Shown here: positions 1-10,382 of the stretch, piece by piece | Numbering within the stretch: position 1 is the stretch's first letter | How the letters are laid out: the number at the start of each line of letters is the position of its first letter | DNA from: an uncultured Pseudomonadota bacterium | Lineage (GTDB): Bacteria; Oederibacteriota; Muellerivitia; Muellerivitales; Muellerivitaceae | DNA: 64,000 nt | Assembly (NCBI GenBank): GCA_963770835.1 | Contig: CAVYRH010000026.1 | Span: 416,001-480,000 of the forward strand | Direction of reading: 5' to 3' | Notes under the pieces: model-generated | Databases searched by the model: none | What the model was told of the DNA's origin: nothing | The model's input: the letters and a program-made list of their open reading frames with translations, nothing else | Translations under genes and position numbers: made by a program

Positions 1-2076
1 TTGCGGTGGAGGCTTCCCCGCCCCAAAATTTCTTTCCAACCTGTTCTTTATTGGTTCCGCGGCCAAAAGGGTTTGCGCTGGGCCCTGGCCGCCGCCTTTT
101 TGGCGGGCGGCGGGCTGATCGCGAAGGCCACCCTTTCCCCTGAACCTAAAAAATGGATGGTCCTGGCGCCCACCGTGGCTCAAATGATCCCCGATGTGAT
201 CGCTGTGATGCCGACCCGGAATTTCTTGAGGTATGAGTTGGTGCCCTTCGAAGTGAGGATCAACCACGAGGAAATGGGATCCTTCCCTGAAATGCACGCC
301 ACCATCGAGGTTTTCCAGGAGGGAAAGTCCGTGACCCTGGTGGACGGAAGGACCAAATTGAACCTCAAGAAAGACACGTCCCATGGAAAATTCTGGGGCA
401 ATTGGCCCATCCCTTATAACCCCCTTCCGGGAACCTATGTCGCAGAGGTGATGGTGTCCTCCCCCTCTTGGCCCGCGCCGAAGGTTTTCGAATCCGCCTT
501 CACTTTGCAACCCCTCAAGCCCAGCGGCATGCCGCCCGGCTACGCCGCCCTCACCATGGAAGGAGGCAAGCGGTTGATTGGCGGGGCGGTTCCTGCCTTG
601 GACGGAAGCGATTCCTTGAGGGCCTCCAACGCCATTGATTGGGCCAAGTTCATGGGGGCCAACGCCTATTGCTACCTGATGGGCCAGACTTCCATCTGGG
701 ACCGCCTGATCCCCCGCGACTTTCCCTTCAACCGCGGCGATATGGAAGTGGGCCGCAAATACGCCAAGGCCGCCCACGCGGCGGGGATCAAATTCGCCGG
801 TTACATGACCACCTTCAAAGTCGTGGGGGACGCTTGGAACCAGGCCCCCTACGAGTTTTCCTTGGGTTACGACCCCGACACTGATGAGGTGGTGCAGGAC
901 CGCTTCATTTCCATTGAGGACCCCAAACGCCGCCAGGACATCCTTGCCTTCCTTAAGGAGATGAACGAGAACCCGGACGTGGATATGGTGGGGCTGGATT
1001 ACGTGCGCACCGGCGACGCCGGCTATGAGATGGTGGACGAGTTCGTGACCGATATGAACGTGCCGGGACCGGAAAATTTCGGGTCCTTCACCAAGCAGGA
1101 GCGGATCCATTGGCTGGCCAAGACCGTGGAGATGAAGAAAGACCCCCAGGTGGTGGAATTGTTCGACTGGTGGCGGGCCCATAAGGTGGCCCTCACCCTA
1201 AAGAGTATCCTGGATGAGGCGAAGATGACGAAACCCGTCTTTACCTTCACCCTGGGCTGGGAAATGGGGCACCAGCACGGACAGGACCCGGCCATGCTCA
1301 TCGACGCGGGCATTAGTTATAACCACATCATGCTTTACCAGGGGGACCGGGGGACGCTGGAATCGATGAAGCAACAGTGGCCGGCCTATTTGTCCCGGCA
1401 AAGCGGCATGTACGCCATGGGTGAAATGGTGGATTTCAACTGGGTCCAAAAATCCCTTGATCCACCCGGGCCCCAAGAACTTTACAACCGGGAAGTCGAC
1501 ACCTTCCAAAACTGGTTTCCCGTCAACGCCCAATTGGGGATGTTCTGGCACGACCTTTACCGGATCGTGTACGGGGTCAAGGGGCCCTATAGCGCCATGG
1601 AGTGGCTGGTGGCGGGCGGCAAGGCCTTCTCCACCATGCGGCAGGCCGAGGGTTTGTCACCGCTTGAAGTGACTTTGAAGGCTCCTAAAAAAGTGCCGGG
1701 CGGCGTTTCGGCGCCCCTACGGGTGGAGATTCGTAACCCCTCGCCGGACGACCTCAAGGGACTTGTGCTTCACCAAATCGACGCCTCCAAGGACTATTAC
1801 ACGGACCTGGCCACGGTGGGACCCTTTGACCTGCCCTCGGGAAATATGCTGCGAGTGAAAAGCCTTTATGTGAATATTCCCAAGGTAGACCAACCGGACC
1901 GGGACAACCGCACGATGGCGGCCGTCATGGTGGAGAAACCGGGACAATCCTGGAGGGTCTTCGATTTCGCTTACTTGAAAAAATCGTCCGGCGCCTCGGT
2001 GCGGGGCATGGAAACCGACAAGGATGACGGGGATTCAAGCGACGGGTCCGGCAAGAAACAAAACGACGACCCTTGA
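1..2076 (+). CDS. Membrane-anchored or exported hypothetical protein: N-terminal TM helix, Ig-like region, possible glycoside-hydrolase-like TIM barrel; the true start may lie outside the window
   Basis: 691-aa ORF with host-like codon usage; hydrophobic segment WALAAAFLAGGGLIA; motif VDMVGLDYVR resembles the G(I/L)x(L/F)DY(I/V)R motif of DUF4015/GHL10-like putative hydrolases. Confidence 0.5.
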   Translation: MRWRLPRPKISFQPVLYWFRGQKGLRWALAAAFLAGGGLIAKATLSPEPKKWMVLAPTVAQMIPDVIAVMPTRNFLRYELVPFEVRINHEEMGSFPEMHATIEVFQEGKSVTLVDGRTKLNLKKDTSHGKFWGNWPIPYNPLPGTYVAEVMVSSPSWPAPKVFESAFTLQPLKPSGMPPGYAALTMEGGKRLIGGAVPALDGSDSLRASNAIDWAKFMGANAYCYLMGQTSIWDRLIPRDFPFNRGDMEVGRKYAKAAHAAGIKFAGYMTTFKVVGDAWNQAPYEFSLGYDPDTDEVVQDRFISIEDPKRRQDILAFLKEMNENPDVDMVGLDYVRTGDAGYEMVDEFVTDMNVPGPENFGSFTKQERIHWLAKTVEMKKDPQVVELFDWWRAHKVALTLKSILDEAKMTKPVFTFTLGWEMGHQHGQDPAMLIDAGISYNHIMLYQGDRGTLESMKQQWPAYLSRQSGMYAMGEMVDFNWVQKSLDPPGPQELYNREVDTFQNWFPVNAQLGMFWHDLYRIVYGVKGPYSAMEWLVAGGKAFSTMRQAEGLSPLEVTLKAPKKVPGGVSAPLRVEIRNPSPDDLKGLVLHQIDASKDYYTDLATVGPFDLPSGNMLRVKSLYVNIPKVDQPDRDNRTMAAVMVEKPGQSWRVFDFAYLKKSSGASVRGMETDKDDGDSSDGSGKKQNDDP

Positions 2077-2296
2077 TCCACCCTCAGGACTTAGTCCGTT
2101 GAACGTGTTACGAAAACGGTTTTTCTCAAGCAATCCTGTTCCGAAAACCGGAAGGACCTGGACTGCACAGGTCTTGCGCGGTTTAATTTAAAAAAAAGTA
2201 CCCAGCCCCAAACCCTTTTAGTAGAATACCGGGGCTTTGGCGTTTTCGAATCTCTAAAAAAGTTTTTCGGCCGGCGTTCCTCAAAATTTATGTGAG

Positions 2297-3073
2297 GTGG
2301 TTATGGTTCGCTTCCGCGGAAATTCACTTTGGCTGATCGCCGCCACCTTCGCCCTCCTTTCCGGCTGCGGCGCGGTTTTTGTCAATGAGGGCTCCAAGGA
2401 CGCTTCCCTCGGGGCGGGGCTCCATAACCCCGAGGCCAACAAACCCAAAGTCAACGTTCCCGCCGACCAAAGCATCATCAGCACTTTCGACGACGGCTCC
2501 AAAAACGTGAATCCCAAGCTTTACGGCGCCAGCGGCGGCCAATGGTTCGCCATTTCCTCCGGCGGTGGCGGCACGATCAATTCCGATTTCGTCGTGGACG
2601 GCGGGGCCAACGGGACCCCCAAGGCCGCCCACGTTTTCGGAAAGCTGACCGACAAGGGGGACAAGAGCTACCCCGGCTTCCAGCTCCAATGCAAGCTCAA
2701 GGACACCGGTTATTACGATGCCAGCAATTTCACCGGCATCCAGTTTTATTACAAATGCCCGGCATCCGACACCTGCCTCAAACGCCGTTTCGGAATCGGC
2801 ACTGCTTCCACCCTTCCCTCGGACCAGGGCGGAACCTGCTCCTCCAATTGTTACGATAATTTCGGGGCGGACATGGTCACGACGCCCGATTGGGTCAAGA
2901 AAACCTACGCCTTTTCCGATATCAAGCGGGAAGGATGGGGGGCGCCGGTTACGCCCCCGGATTTTACGGATCATCTGACCGAACTTATCAACGTCCAATG
3001 GACCAACAGCGCCAACAATACCGCGGGAACCTACGATGTCGATTATTGGGTGGACGAACTCGAGTTTTTCTGA
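2297..3073 (+). CDS. Lipoprotein with CBM11/CIA30-like carbohydrate-binding beta-sandwich
   Basis: Lipobox LLSGC; motifs ISTFDDG, YDASNFTGIQFYYK, CYDNFG, W..F.DI..EGWG, YWVDELEFF; likely start ATG 2303 after GAGG. Confidence 0.7.
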   Translation: MVMVRFRGNSLWLIAATFALLSGCGAVFVNEGSKDASLGAGLHNPEANKPKVNVPADQSIISTFDDGSKNVNPKLYGASGGQWFAISSGGGGTINSDFVVDGGANGTPKAAHVFGKLTDKGDKSYPGFQLQCKLKDTGYYDASNFTGIQFYYKCPASDTCLKRRFGIGTASTLPSDQGGTCSSNCYDNFGADMVTTPDWVKKTYAFSDIKREGWGAPVTPPDFTDHLTELINVQWTNSANNTAGTYDVDYWVDELEFF

Positions 3074-3163
3074 CGAGCCGTGACCGCCGGCCGGGCCGTT
3101 CAAAATTTTGCCGGTACAAGATCTTTTTGTAAAATCTTTGGAAATCTTTGATCGAGGCCCTGA

Positions 3164-5710
3164 TTGAACTTCAGGTCGAAAACCTTCTTGGCGGTAATTT
3201 CCTTGGCACCCCTCTTTTTTAGTTGGGGGGCGCAACCCGTATCCGCCAATCCCTACGAAGAACTGGGCCCGGACTCGCCCCTTTACCAGAGAGTCAAAAA
3301 ACTCGAGGACTATGGGCTCTTGGAGCCCCAGGACCAGCAAGTCTTGGACGATGGAAAATATGTCACCCGCCTCGAACTGGCCTTCTATACCGAAAAAGCC
3401 AAGGCTCGCCTGACGGCTCCCGAATTATCGGGCCCTACCCCTACCTCGACGCCCGCACCGATTCCCACAGCCGCCCCTCCCCCCCCCGCCATTACTCTTC
3501 CAACGGCCGCACCGCCGACCCCTGTCCCTTTTACGCCCGCAGCTAATCCAGCCGCCCTGGGAGAAATCGACCAACTCCTGAAAGAACTCCATGAGGAAGC
3601 GGCCATGCTCAAGTCCCGGATGACCCTTTACGACCAGAGGATCAGCGACCAGGAAAAAGAATTGGAAGCGCTCCAAAACCTCCAGGACGAGGTGAAATCA
3701 GTCTGGGCCAAGGCCAATAAAGAGTCGGGAATCCCGAATTTCAACACCAATACGGAAACCCGTTTCGAGCAAATGAACGTTTCGGGGCCGGTTTCGGGCG
3801 CCGGGCCCCTTCTCAGCAACGCCACCAAGCTGGACCAGGTGGTCTGGCTGGGAATGTGGTCGGACATAGGCGGCTTGGGGGCCTTTTCCACCGGCTTCGG
3901 CGCATTCGTCCCTTATTCCAATTTTTCGGATTCCACCCCCGGCGCCACCGGCGCGCTGGCCGCCCCCGCCTCGGTTTACGTGGGCGCCCCCAGCCTTACC
4001 CTGAACGTTTACGGGGATTTGGGAAAATGGGACACCACCTTCGCGGTGGAAGCCTACCAACCCGACACCACCCTGGGGGACTTCACCCGCGGCATAGCTC
4101 CTTACTCCCTCAAACGGTTCGAGGATCCCTTCGACATCAAGCATTTCTCCACCGACAAAGACGCCAAAAACTGGGACGATTACATGAACAGCATCGGCTT
4201 CGTCTCCACAGCTTCCCTGAACGGCGGCAACGTGCAATCCACCAGCGACCGGGTCTTCGATGGCATGTACGCCGTGGGCCATGACCTTCCGGACCTGGGG
4301 GACACCCGGGTGCACGTGTTGGTGGGCCGCATGGGCACCAGTTCCACCCAAACCCAGCGCTGGGAAGAAGCCGCCAAAATCGACTTCCCCACGGGTAGCG
4401 TGCTGCACACGTCCATTTCCACCCAATGGGTCAACGACCAGTTCGGCGTCAACCAGATTCCCCAACTCGATTTGAAGGATTACGCCGGCGAACTGGCGCT
4501 CAACCTTCATCCCGTCTTTTTCGACGTCGAGGGGGGCTTTTCCCACCTTTTCACGGGTTACTACGCCGACGCCACCGGAGTTTACACCAATCCTTTGCCG
4601 ATGGAAGCCGGAGCGGGCCAAGCCTCCTTAGCCTATTACCCCTTCACGTTGTACGGCTTCGCGATCAGCGACAACTACGCCGACTTCCAAAGCAAGGTCA
4701 TGATGGCGGGTGTCCATTTCAATCAGTACGGCATGAGCTTCAACCCCAGCGACTTCAACGACGTGTACGGTGGTATCGGTGAGGTGGACAACCTGGTAAG
4801 CGACCGTTACGGCTGGCGGTTAAACCTGGGCTGGGACGGGCGCAAACAGGATTGGATGAAGGACTGGCCCAGTTTCCTGGATACCTTCGTCGTGAATTTC
4901 GACGTGGCCCAAAAGACGGAATTCGTCTCCGAGCAGGATCCCATGGGTTATTACGTGATCGAACCCTTCCAGGAACTGAGCTTTTATTATCCGGATGATG
5001 AAGGCCTCTGGGGCTTAAACTTCTGGGGTGGCTATAGCACCCCTCCCAATCCCTTGCGGTCGGCCTATATCAACAACATCGAGGCTATCCGCAACGACGG
5101 GGACACCTCCAACGATGACGTGCGCTACCAGTTCCAATTGAGTTCGGAGCGCATCCCCCTTATTTATCCCATGTATAACCCGGCGGGCCAGATCGTGACA
5201 ATCGGCGGCTTGAACCAGTACGTCAACCTGGACAACCTGAAGACCTACAATTACATCACCCTGACACTGAAACTGAAGATGGACAAGTGGTTCAACCTGC
5301 CCGCTCCCCTGGACGGTTCTTTCTATATGACGGACAACACGGTTTCTGGTATTTCCACCAACCCCGCCTTGTTGAACGTCCCCACCAGCACACCGGGCCA
5401 GACGGTTAATTTACAGAACATTCCGAATCTGTTCCAACAACAGGTCTTTGATTACGCCATGATGGTGAATATTTTGAAGAATGTAGATTTGATGGGTGAC
5501 ATCGGGGTTGAAACTTGGACTTCCCAGTACACCTATCCTCTGGTCGATTATCAAACCAAAGCCTATGGGCTGGGCTTGGCCTGGGATCTCCCCTGGGGCG
5601 GGAGCAAGATGGAAATCCGCTATAAACATATCAATTTCACCGACGCCAACGTGCCGAACAACGATTACTCGGGTGACCAGTATTACAGCCGTATGTGGTT
5701 CCTTTTTTAA
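3164..5710 (+). CDS. Outer-membrane protein 1: signal peptide, SLH-like motif, Pro/Thr linker, coiled coil, probable beta-barrel
   Basis: NPYEELGPDSPLYQRVKKLEDYGLL...VTRLELA (SLH-like); heptad segment EIDQLLKELHEEAAMLKSRM...; alternating aromatic strands; C-terminal MWFLF. Confidence 0.65.
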   Translation: MNFRSKTFLAVISLAPLFFSWGAQPVSANPYEELGPDSPLYQRVKKLEDYGLLEPQDQQVLDDGKYVTRLELAFYTEKAKARLTAPELSGPTPTSTPAPIPTAAPPPPAITLPTAAPPTPVPFTPAANPAALGEIDQLLKELHEEAAMLKSRMTLYDQRISDQEKELEALQNLQDEVKSVWAKANKESGIPNFNTNTETRFEQMNVSGPVSGAGPLLSNATKLDQVVWLGMWSDIGGLGAFSTGFGAFVPYSNFSDSTPGATGALAAPASVYVGAPSLTLNVYGDLGKWDTTFAVEAYQPDTTLGDFTRGIAPYSLKRFEDPFDIKHFSTDKDAKNWDDYMNSIGFVSTASLNGGNVQSTSDRVFDGMYAVGHDLPDLGDTRVHVLVGRMGTSSTQTQRWEEAAKIDFPTGSVLHTSISTQWVNDQFGVNQIPQLDLKDYAGELALNLHPVFFDVEGGFSHLFTGYYADATGVYTNPLPMEAGAGQASLAYYPFTLYGFAISDNYADFQSKVMMAGVHFNQYGMSFNPSDFNDVYGGIGEVDNLVSDRYGWRLNLGWDGRKQDWMKDWPSFLDTFVVNFDVAQKTEFVSEQDPMGYYVIEPFQELSFYYPDDEGLWGLNFWGGYSTPPNPLRSAYINNIEAIRNDGDTSNDDVRYQFQLSSERIPLIYPMYNPAGQIVTIGGLNQYVNLDNLKTYNYITLTLKLKMDKWFNLPAPLDGSFYMTDNTVSGISTNPALLNVPTSTPGQTVNLQNIPNLFQQQVFDYAMMVNILKNVDLMGDIGVETWTSQYTYPLVDYQTKAYGLGLAWDLPWGGSKMEIRYKHINFTDANVPNNDYSGDQYYSRMWFLF

Positions 5711-5722
5711 GGCCTGGACGGA

Positions 5723-7960
5723 ATGAGAATGAAATTGAAAAAAAACCAATTGATGGCGGTCCTTTTCCTGGCGGGGTTAACCTTGCCCGCTTACGCCGAC
5801 CATGGCCGCCTTTCCACCACCGACCGGGACCCCTGGATCAACCTGGAAGCGGAGGATTTAGTGGACTCCGGCTTGGTGCCGGCGCCGGACAAACCCATCC
5901 GTGAACTGACCAACCTGGAAGTGGCCCAATTGACCGCCCAGGCCAGCGAAAAGCTTTACGCCCAAGCGGAACTTCCGCCGCCCCTGCCTGGGGGAAATCC
6001 GGCTCTGCCGCCGGCCCTGCCGGCGCCTTCCAATGGGCTGCCGGGCCCCGACCTCAACACTCCTTCCCAAGCCGCCTTGCCCGCCAAGAGCATGGCCGAT
6101 TTAGTGGAGGAATTTCGGGCCGAGATTTCGGCCATGGGAGTCGACGTGGACAAACTGGAAGCCCGCCTCCAGGACGCCAAGGACCGGGATGAGGTTTTCT
6201 CCGCGCTCCAACAGGAATACCTGAAGCACACCGGCACGGAAGTGGGGGGCTTTTCCAGGGGTTATATCTATAATTACCGGGGTTTCGGCGCCGATGCCGT
6301 TTATCCCCCCATGAGTTACAACGCCCTCATGTTCATGGAAATGGACTTACGGAGCATCCCGGTGCCCTCCCTTTTGTTTGACGCGAGGATCCGCATCATC
6401 CGGTCCATTGGGATGTATTACGCGGACCCTGTGGAGCCCCATTATCAACTGCGGTGGATTTCTTTAAGCGATATCACCGACGTTTGTTCCCTGACGGCGG
6501 GGGATTTTTACAAAAGCTACACTCCTTTGACCCTTTGGAACTACGACCCCGTCTACAACTTCATCGAACCCACGTCCTTCAACCGCATGCGCAAAGAGGT
6601 GGAGGAATGGACTTACATGGACCAGGGTCCGGATGAACACCTTCGGGGTTTCCAGGCCGCCACGACAGTCAGCTGGTCGAAAGATCCGGTTTTAAGCGAT
6701 TTCAAACTACAGGCCATGGGGGGACCCATGAATAGCACCGGGAGCTTTACTTTCGGAAGCTATTTCGCCGGGAGCGAATCTTCCATCAGCTTTTTCAATG
6801 ACGACCTAGAGCTCCAGGGGACGGGACTACTGCTTTGGCAGGATCCCGACAGCGCCCCTGTGCCTTACATCCCCGACTTCCCCGACACCTACGCCAAACA
6901 ATATGAAATCGGCAGCGTGGTCGTGCGAGCCACCGTTCCCCTCGCCGATAAAGCCGATTTGACGGCTTCCATGGAAAACGCGGGGAGCCAATACAACGAT
7001 GATTCGAGGAACCCCCAGAGGGTTTTTGAGGATTGGGCGATGCTGGCCAATGCCTCCTTGAACATCGAGGGATTCCACTTGACCGGCAAATACCTCAACA
7101 TCGGCCCCTACTTTTACTCCCCGGGAGCCCAAACCAACCAGCTATTCGATGCCATCCCTGGAGTAAACTTATTGGATAATTCGCTCACGGGTTATTTAAC
7201 CGACTCGCCTTTCCAAGGGGTTTTTCGTCCTTCCGCCTACTTCGGCGTTTATGACCGGCTTACAGAAAACGCCCTTCCTTACGGGGATTCCACCCCTGAC
7301 CGCGAAGGCATCGTGGTTGGTTTTTCGGGGGAAATCGGGGAGCGGGGGTGGCTGAAGCCCCAAGCCTCCTTCACCTCCCTCCAGGAAATCCAACCCAACC
7401 TGGTGTTGAACTCCATCGGAACGGGGCTGGTGGCGGTGGACAGCGGCACCACTACTGCCAACGCCAGGACCTTCACCGGATATGAGGGCGCCTTGACCGT
7501 GGATTTCGCCAAAGCTTTCGACCTCACCGGGCGGACCTATGACATCCAGTTCGACTACAAACACCAAGCCACCGACCTGGGGCTGGGCGTGGACCCCTTC
7601 ACCGTCAACACGATTATCGCGGCCTGTGATTTCAATATCCCGGCCCACTTCCTCAATACCGTGGTCTGGTCCGCGGCTTTCGAGCAGGCCCAATCCACTG
7701 GGAGCGAATACGTAATGGGGGGGAACCCCCCCACCTTGGCTCAGTACCCCTTTTTACTGGACACGTCTACTTTAGGACAATATTCCTATCTTCCCTTGAA
7801 CATTACCCGCCAAACCCTGGCCTTCGGGCTCGTGCTCCCCATGAGCGCCAACGTGAACTTTAGGGCGGATTATTTCCGGACCGAGTATACCTGGAGCGAT
7901 ATGCCTAGTTACGACCGCCAAGACCAAATTTGGAGATTCGGTTATTATGTCAAATTCTAA
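5723..7960 (+). CDS. Outer-membrane protein 2: degenerate SLH-like motif, Pro linker, coiled coil, probable beta-barrel; paralog of 7947..10382
   Basis: LVDSGLV...LTNLEVAQL; LVEEFRAEISAMGVDVDKLEARL (typical of SLH-porin stalks); shares GDF..SYTPLTLWN, GPY.YSP.AQT and PYG..TP.R.G with the next gene; ends FGYYVKF. Confidence 0.65.
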   Translation: MRMKLKKNQLMAVLFLAGLTLPAYADHGRLSTTDRDPWINLEAEDLVDSGLVPAPDKPIRELTNLEVAQLTAQASEKLYAQAELPPPLPGGNPALPPALPAPSNGLPGPDLNTPSQAALPAKSMADLVEEFRAEISAMGVDVDKLEARLQDAKDRDEVFSALQQEYLKHTGTEVGGFSRGYIYNYRGFGADAVYPPMSYNALMFMEMDLRSIPVPSLLFDARIRIIRSIGMYYADPVEPHYQLRWISLSDITDVCSLTAGDFYKSYTPLTLWNYDPVYNFIEPTSFNRMRKEVEEWTYMDQGPDEHLRGFQAATTVSWSKDPVLSDFKLQAMGGPMNSTGSFTFGSYFAGSESSISFFNDDLELQGTGLLLWQDPDSAPVPYIPDFPDTYAKQYEIGSVVVRATVPLADKADLTASMENAGSQYNDDSRNPQRVFEDWAMLANASLNIEGFHLTGKYLNIGPYFYSPGAQTNQLFDAIPGVNLLDNSLTGYLTDSPFQGVFRPSAYFGVYDRLTENALPYGDSTPDREGIVVGFSGEIGERGWLKPQASFTSLQEIQPNLVLNSIGTGLVAVDSGTTTANARTFTGYEGALTVDFAKAFDLTGRTYDIQFDYKHQATDLGLGVDPFTVNTIIAACDFNIPAHFLNTVVWSAAFEQAQSTGSEYVMGGNPPTLAQYPFLLDTSTLGQYSYLPLNITRQTLAFGLVLPMSANVNFRADYFRTEYTWSDMPSYDRQDQIWRFGYYVKF

Positions 7961-10382
7961 CCCGATGTTTTTTTCAACCTTTAAAACTCGCTCAAGCGCG
8001 AAGCGGTTGCTCTGGCCGTTAAGCCTCGGTTTTTTCTTCGCGGTTGCGGGCGGCTTTGCGGCTGAAGCTCCCAACCCTTTCACGGTGGTGCCCTCGAACG
8101 ATCCTAGCTATGGCGAATTGCTCCAATTAGAAACCAACGGCCTCCTGCCGGCAGGCGCATCCCAAGGACCCCTCACCCGCTTTGAGATCGCCCAGCGGAT
8201 TTTCAAAGCTGAGAAAAAATACGACGAAATCGTCGTGGCCCAGGACACTGACATTCCTCCTCCCCCCTCGGATAACGGAACCGCCGCCCCGGCTCCCGCA
8301 TCGCCGGCTGGAACCACTCCGGCCCCCGCCGCCGAGGCCGCGCCAGCCCCCGCCCCGTCAGCGGGCTCCACCGCGGTTTGGGCCAATCCGGATAAGATCG
8401 CTGAGATGGAAAGGAACTTAAAATCGCTCCGGGAAGCCTATGACGCCGAACTCCAATTGGTGAAGGACCAAAAGGCGGATCTGGAAGACCAAGTGGCCAA
8501 GACCGAGGCCGCCCAGTACGACCTTTGGACCAAGCTCCAGGGCATCAACGAATGGCCCGAAATCACCTGGCATGGCCTGGGACGAATGTTCGGTATTTCC
8601 CAACAATATTATGGGGACAGTTCCGCCGTTTCCCTCAGCCCGCCCTCCGACCGCTTTGCCTGGGGCTACATCGACTTTATGCCCGAAGGGGTCGTGTCCA
8701 AGGGAGTCCGGTGGGAAGCGACGGTTCGGTATGAAACCGGAACCTCGACATCTTCTCTGTCCTACAACAACTCCCTCGACACGCTTTTCATCCGCCGCGC
8801 CCATATTGATTTCAATCCCCCTTGGTTCTCGGTCACATTTGGGGATTTTGACGAATCCTATACCCCCCTGACTCTTTGGAACCGGAATAACCTGGACCTG
8901 CGTTATTACCCTGAAATGTACAGCCGTTTCGACGACGAAACAAAATATGAGACCTTCCTCAACAACGAACCCAATTGGCCGTTCCGGGGCATGCGGGTGG
9001 GGACCGACGTCCTCTGGCCGGATTCAAGCGCCTTGCAGGAGTTCAAGGTGTCCGCCATGGTGGACATGATCCGTAACGGCTTCAAGGACATGGCCACCGC
9101 CGGAAGTTATTGGGGGCCCTATTTGTTCACCGACTGGATTTTGGGGGGCAATGGGGAATTGAAGTCCAAACGGTGGTTCATGGGCGGCGACCTCTCCCTG
9201 CAACTGGCATTGAACGCCTACGGTGTCATCCTAACCGAGCCCCTGAACACGGATACTCCGGGGTCCCCCTACTCCCAGTTCAATCCTGCCACTTGGGCCC
9301 ATCATTACCAATTAGGCAGCTTGAAGCCGTCCTTGGACGTGGGTTTGGGCGGTGACTTTTCCTTTGGCGGCGCTGTTGAAGGAGCCGTCGCCACCTACCA
9401 GGACGATGAGCAGGACGCCAACAAGGTCTTAAATGATTCCTCCGTTTTGGGCGGTCCTTACCTACGGTTCGGCCATTCAAAAGTCAATTTCAACTACCTC
9501 TACGTGGGCCCCAATTATTTCTCGCCCCTGGCCCAAACGCGCCAGGATGCCATCACTGTGGTTACGGGCGGTGGCCAACTGTTCGTGGGCAATACCGTGG
9601 GACCGGGCCTCATGACCGCCCCTTTGCGGACCCAGTTTTTCCTGACTGATGTGCCCCGTGCCGGCGGCATCTTCAGCTTTTATGATCGTACCCAGGACAA
9701 CACCTTCCCCTATGGGTTGGCGACCCCCAACCGGCAGGGATTCGGGCTTGATTTGGACGTGAAAGCCCTTGAAAAGAACTCCCTCAAGCTTCCGGCCTCG
9801 GTCTACTTTGTCCAGGAAATTGGTGATAATATGGTTGTGAACGGCGTCGGGACGGGCTTTACCCCGGTGGATGGCACCGCCGCCGCTCCGGCTCCCCAGC
9901 GGAACTTCACCTACGTCAACGTGGGGCCCTCCTTTAATCTCGGGCCCTACATCGGTACCGGTGATTTGGAAGTCGGTGTGAACGTCCGGTATGAGAAAAC
10001 CACCAGCGCCATCGGGGCCTTGACCAGCGCCTGGGTTTTGGGCGGAGTCCGGGCTGAATTCTTTCCCTGGTGGGAAGCATCGGCCTCCTTTGGGAGCGAT
10101 AACATTACGGGATCGGAAGCGGGTTACGGAGGGAGTACCCTAGCCCGGTATTCCTACATCTTCGACAACACGGATTTGGGCCAATACCAAGTCTTCAATA
10201 TCAATGGTACCAACCAAAGCTGGAGGCTTTCCACGACTTTCAAAGTGAACCGCAATTCCAGCCTTTACGCGGACTATGACCTGACTTGGGGGACAGCAGT
10301 TCCCTACATCGGAACCCCCCCAGGAACGGGCGGGACGCTACATAACCAGTACATGGGGCTGACTTATGAAATCGAATTTTAA
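7947..10382 (+). CDS. Outer-membrane protein 3: SLH-like motif, Pro/Ala linker, coiled coil, probable beta-barrel
   Basis: NPFTVVPSNDPSYGELLQLETNGLL...PLTRFEIAQ; coiled coil LKSLREAYDAELQLVKDQKADLEDQV; ends MGLTYEIEF (beta-signal-like); start may be ATG 7965. Confidence 0.68.
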   Translation: MSNSNPMFFSTFKTRSSAKRLLWPLSLGFFFAVAGGFAAEAPNPFTVVPSNDPSYGELLQLETNGLLPAGASQGPLTRFEIAQRIFKAEKKYDEIVVAQDTDIPPPPSDNGTAAPAPASPAGTTPAPAAEAAPAPAPSAGSTAVWANPDKIAEMERNLKSLREAYDAELQLVKDQKADLEDQVAKTEAAQYDLWTKLQGINEWPEITWHGLGRMFGISQQYYGDSSAVSLSPPSDRFAWGYIDFMPEGVVSKGVRWEATVRYETGTSTSSLSYNNSLDTLFIRRAHIDFNPPWFSVTFGDFDESYTPLTLWNRNNLDLRYYPEMYSRFDDETKYETFLNNEPNWPFRGMRVGTDVLWPDSSALQEFKVSAMVDMIRNGFKDMATAGSYWGPYLFTDWILGGNGELKSKRWFMGGDLSLQLALNAYGVILTEPLNTDTPGSPYSQFNPATWAHHYQLGSLKPSLDVGLGGDFSFGGAVEGAVATYQDDEQDANKVLNDSSVLGGPYLRFGHSKVNFNYLYVGPNYFSPLAQTRQDAITVVTGGGQLFVGNTVGPGLMTAPLRTQFFLTDVPRAGGIFSFYDRTQDNTFPYGLATPNRQGFGLDLDVKALEKNSLKLPASVYFVQEIGDNMVVNGVGTGFTPVDGTAAAPAPQRNFTYVNVGPSFNLGPYIGTGDLEVGVNVRYEKTTSAIGALTSAWVLGGVRAEFFPWWEASASFGSDNITGSEAGYGGSTLARYSYIFDNTDLGQYQVFNINGTNQSWRLSTTFKVNRNSSLYADYDLTWGTAVPYIGTPPGTGGTLHNQYMGLTYEIEF

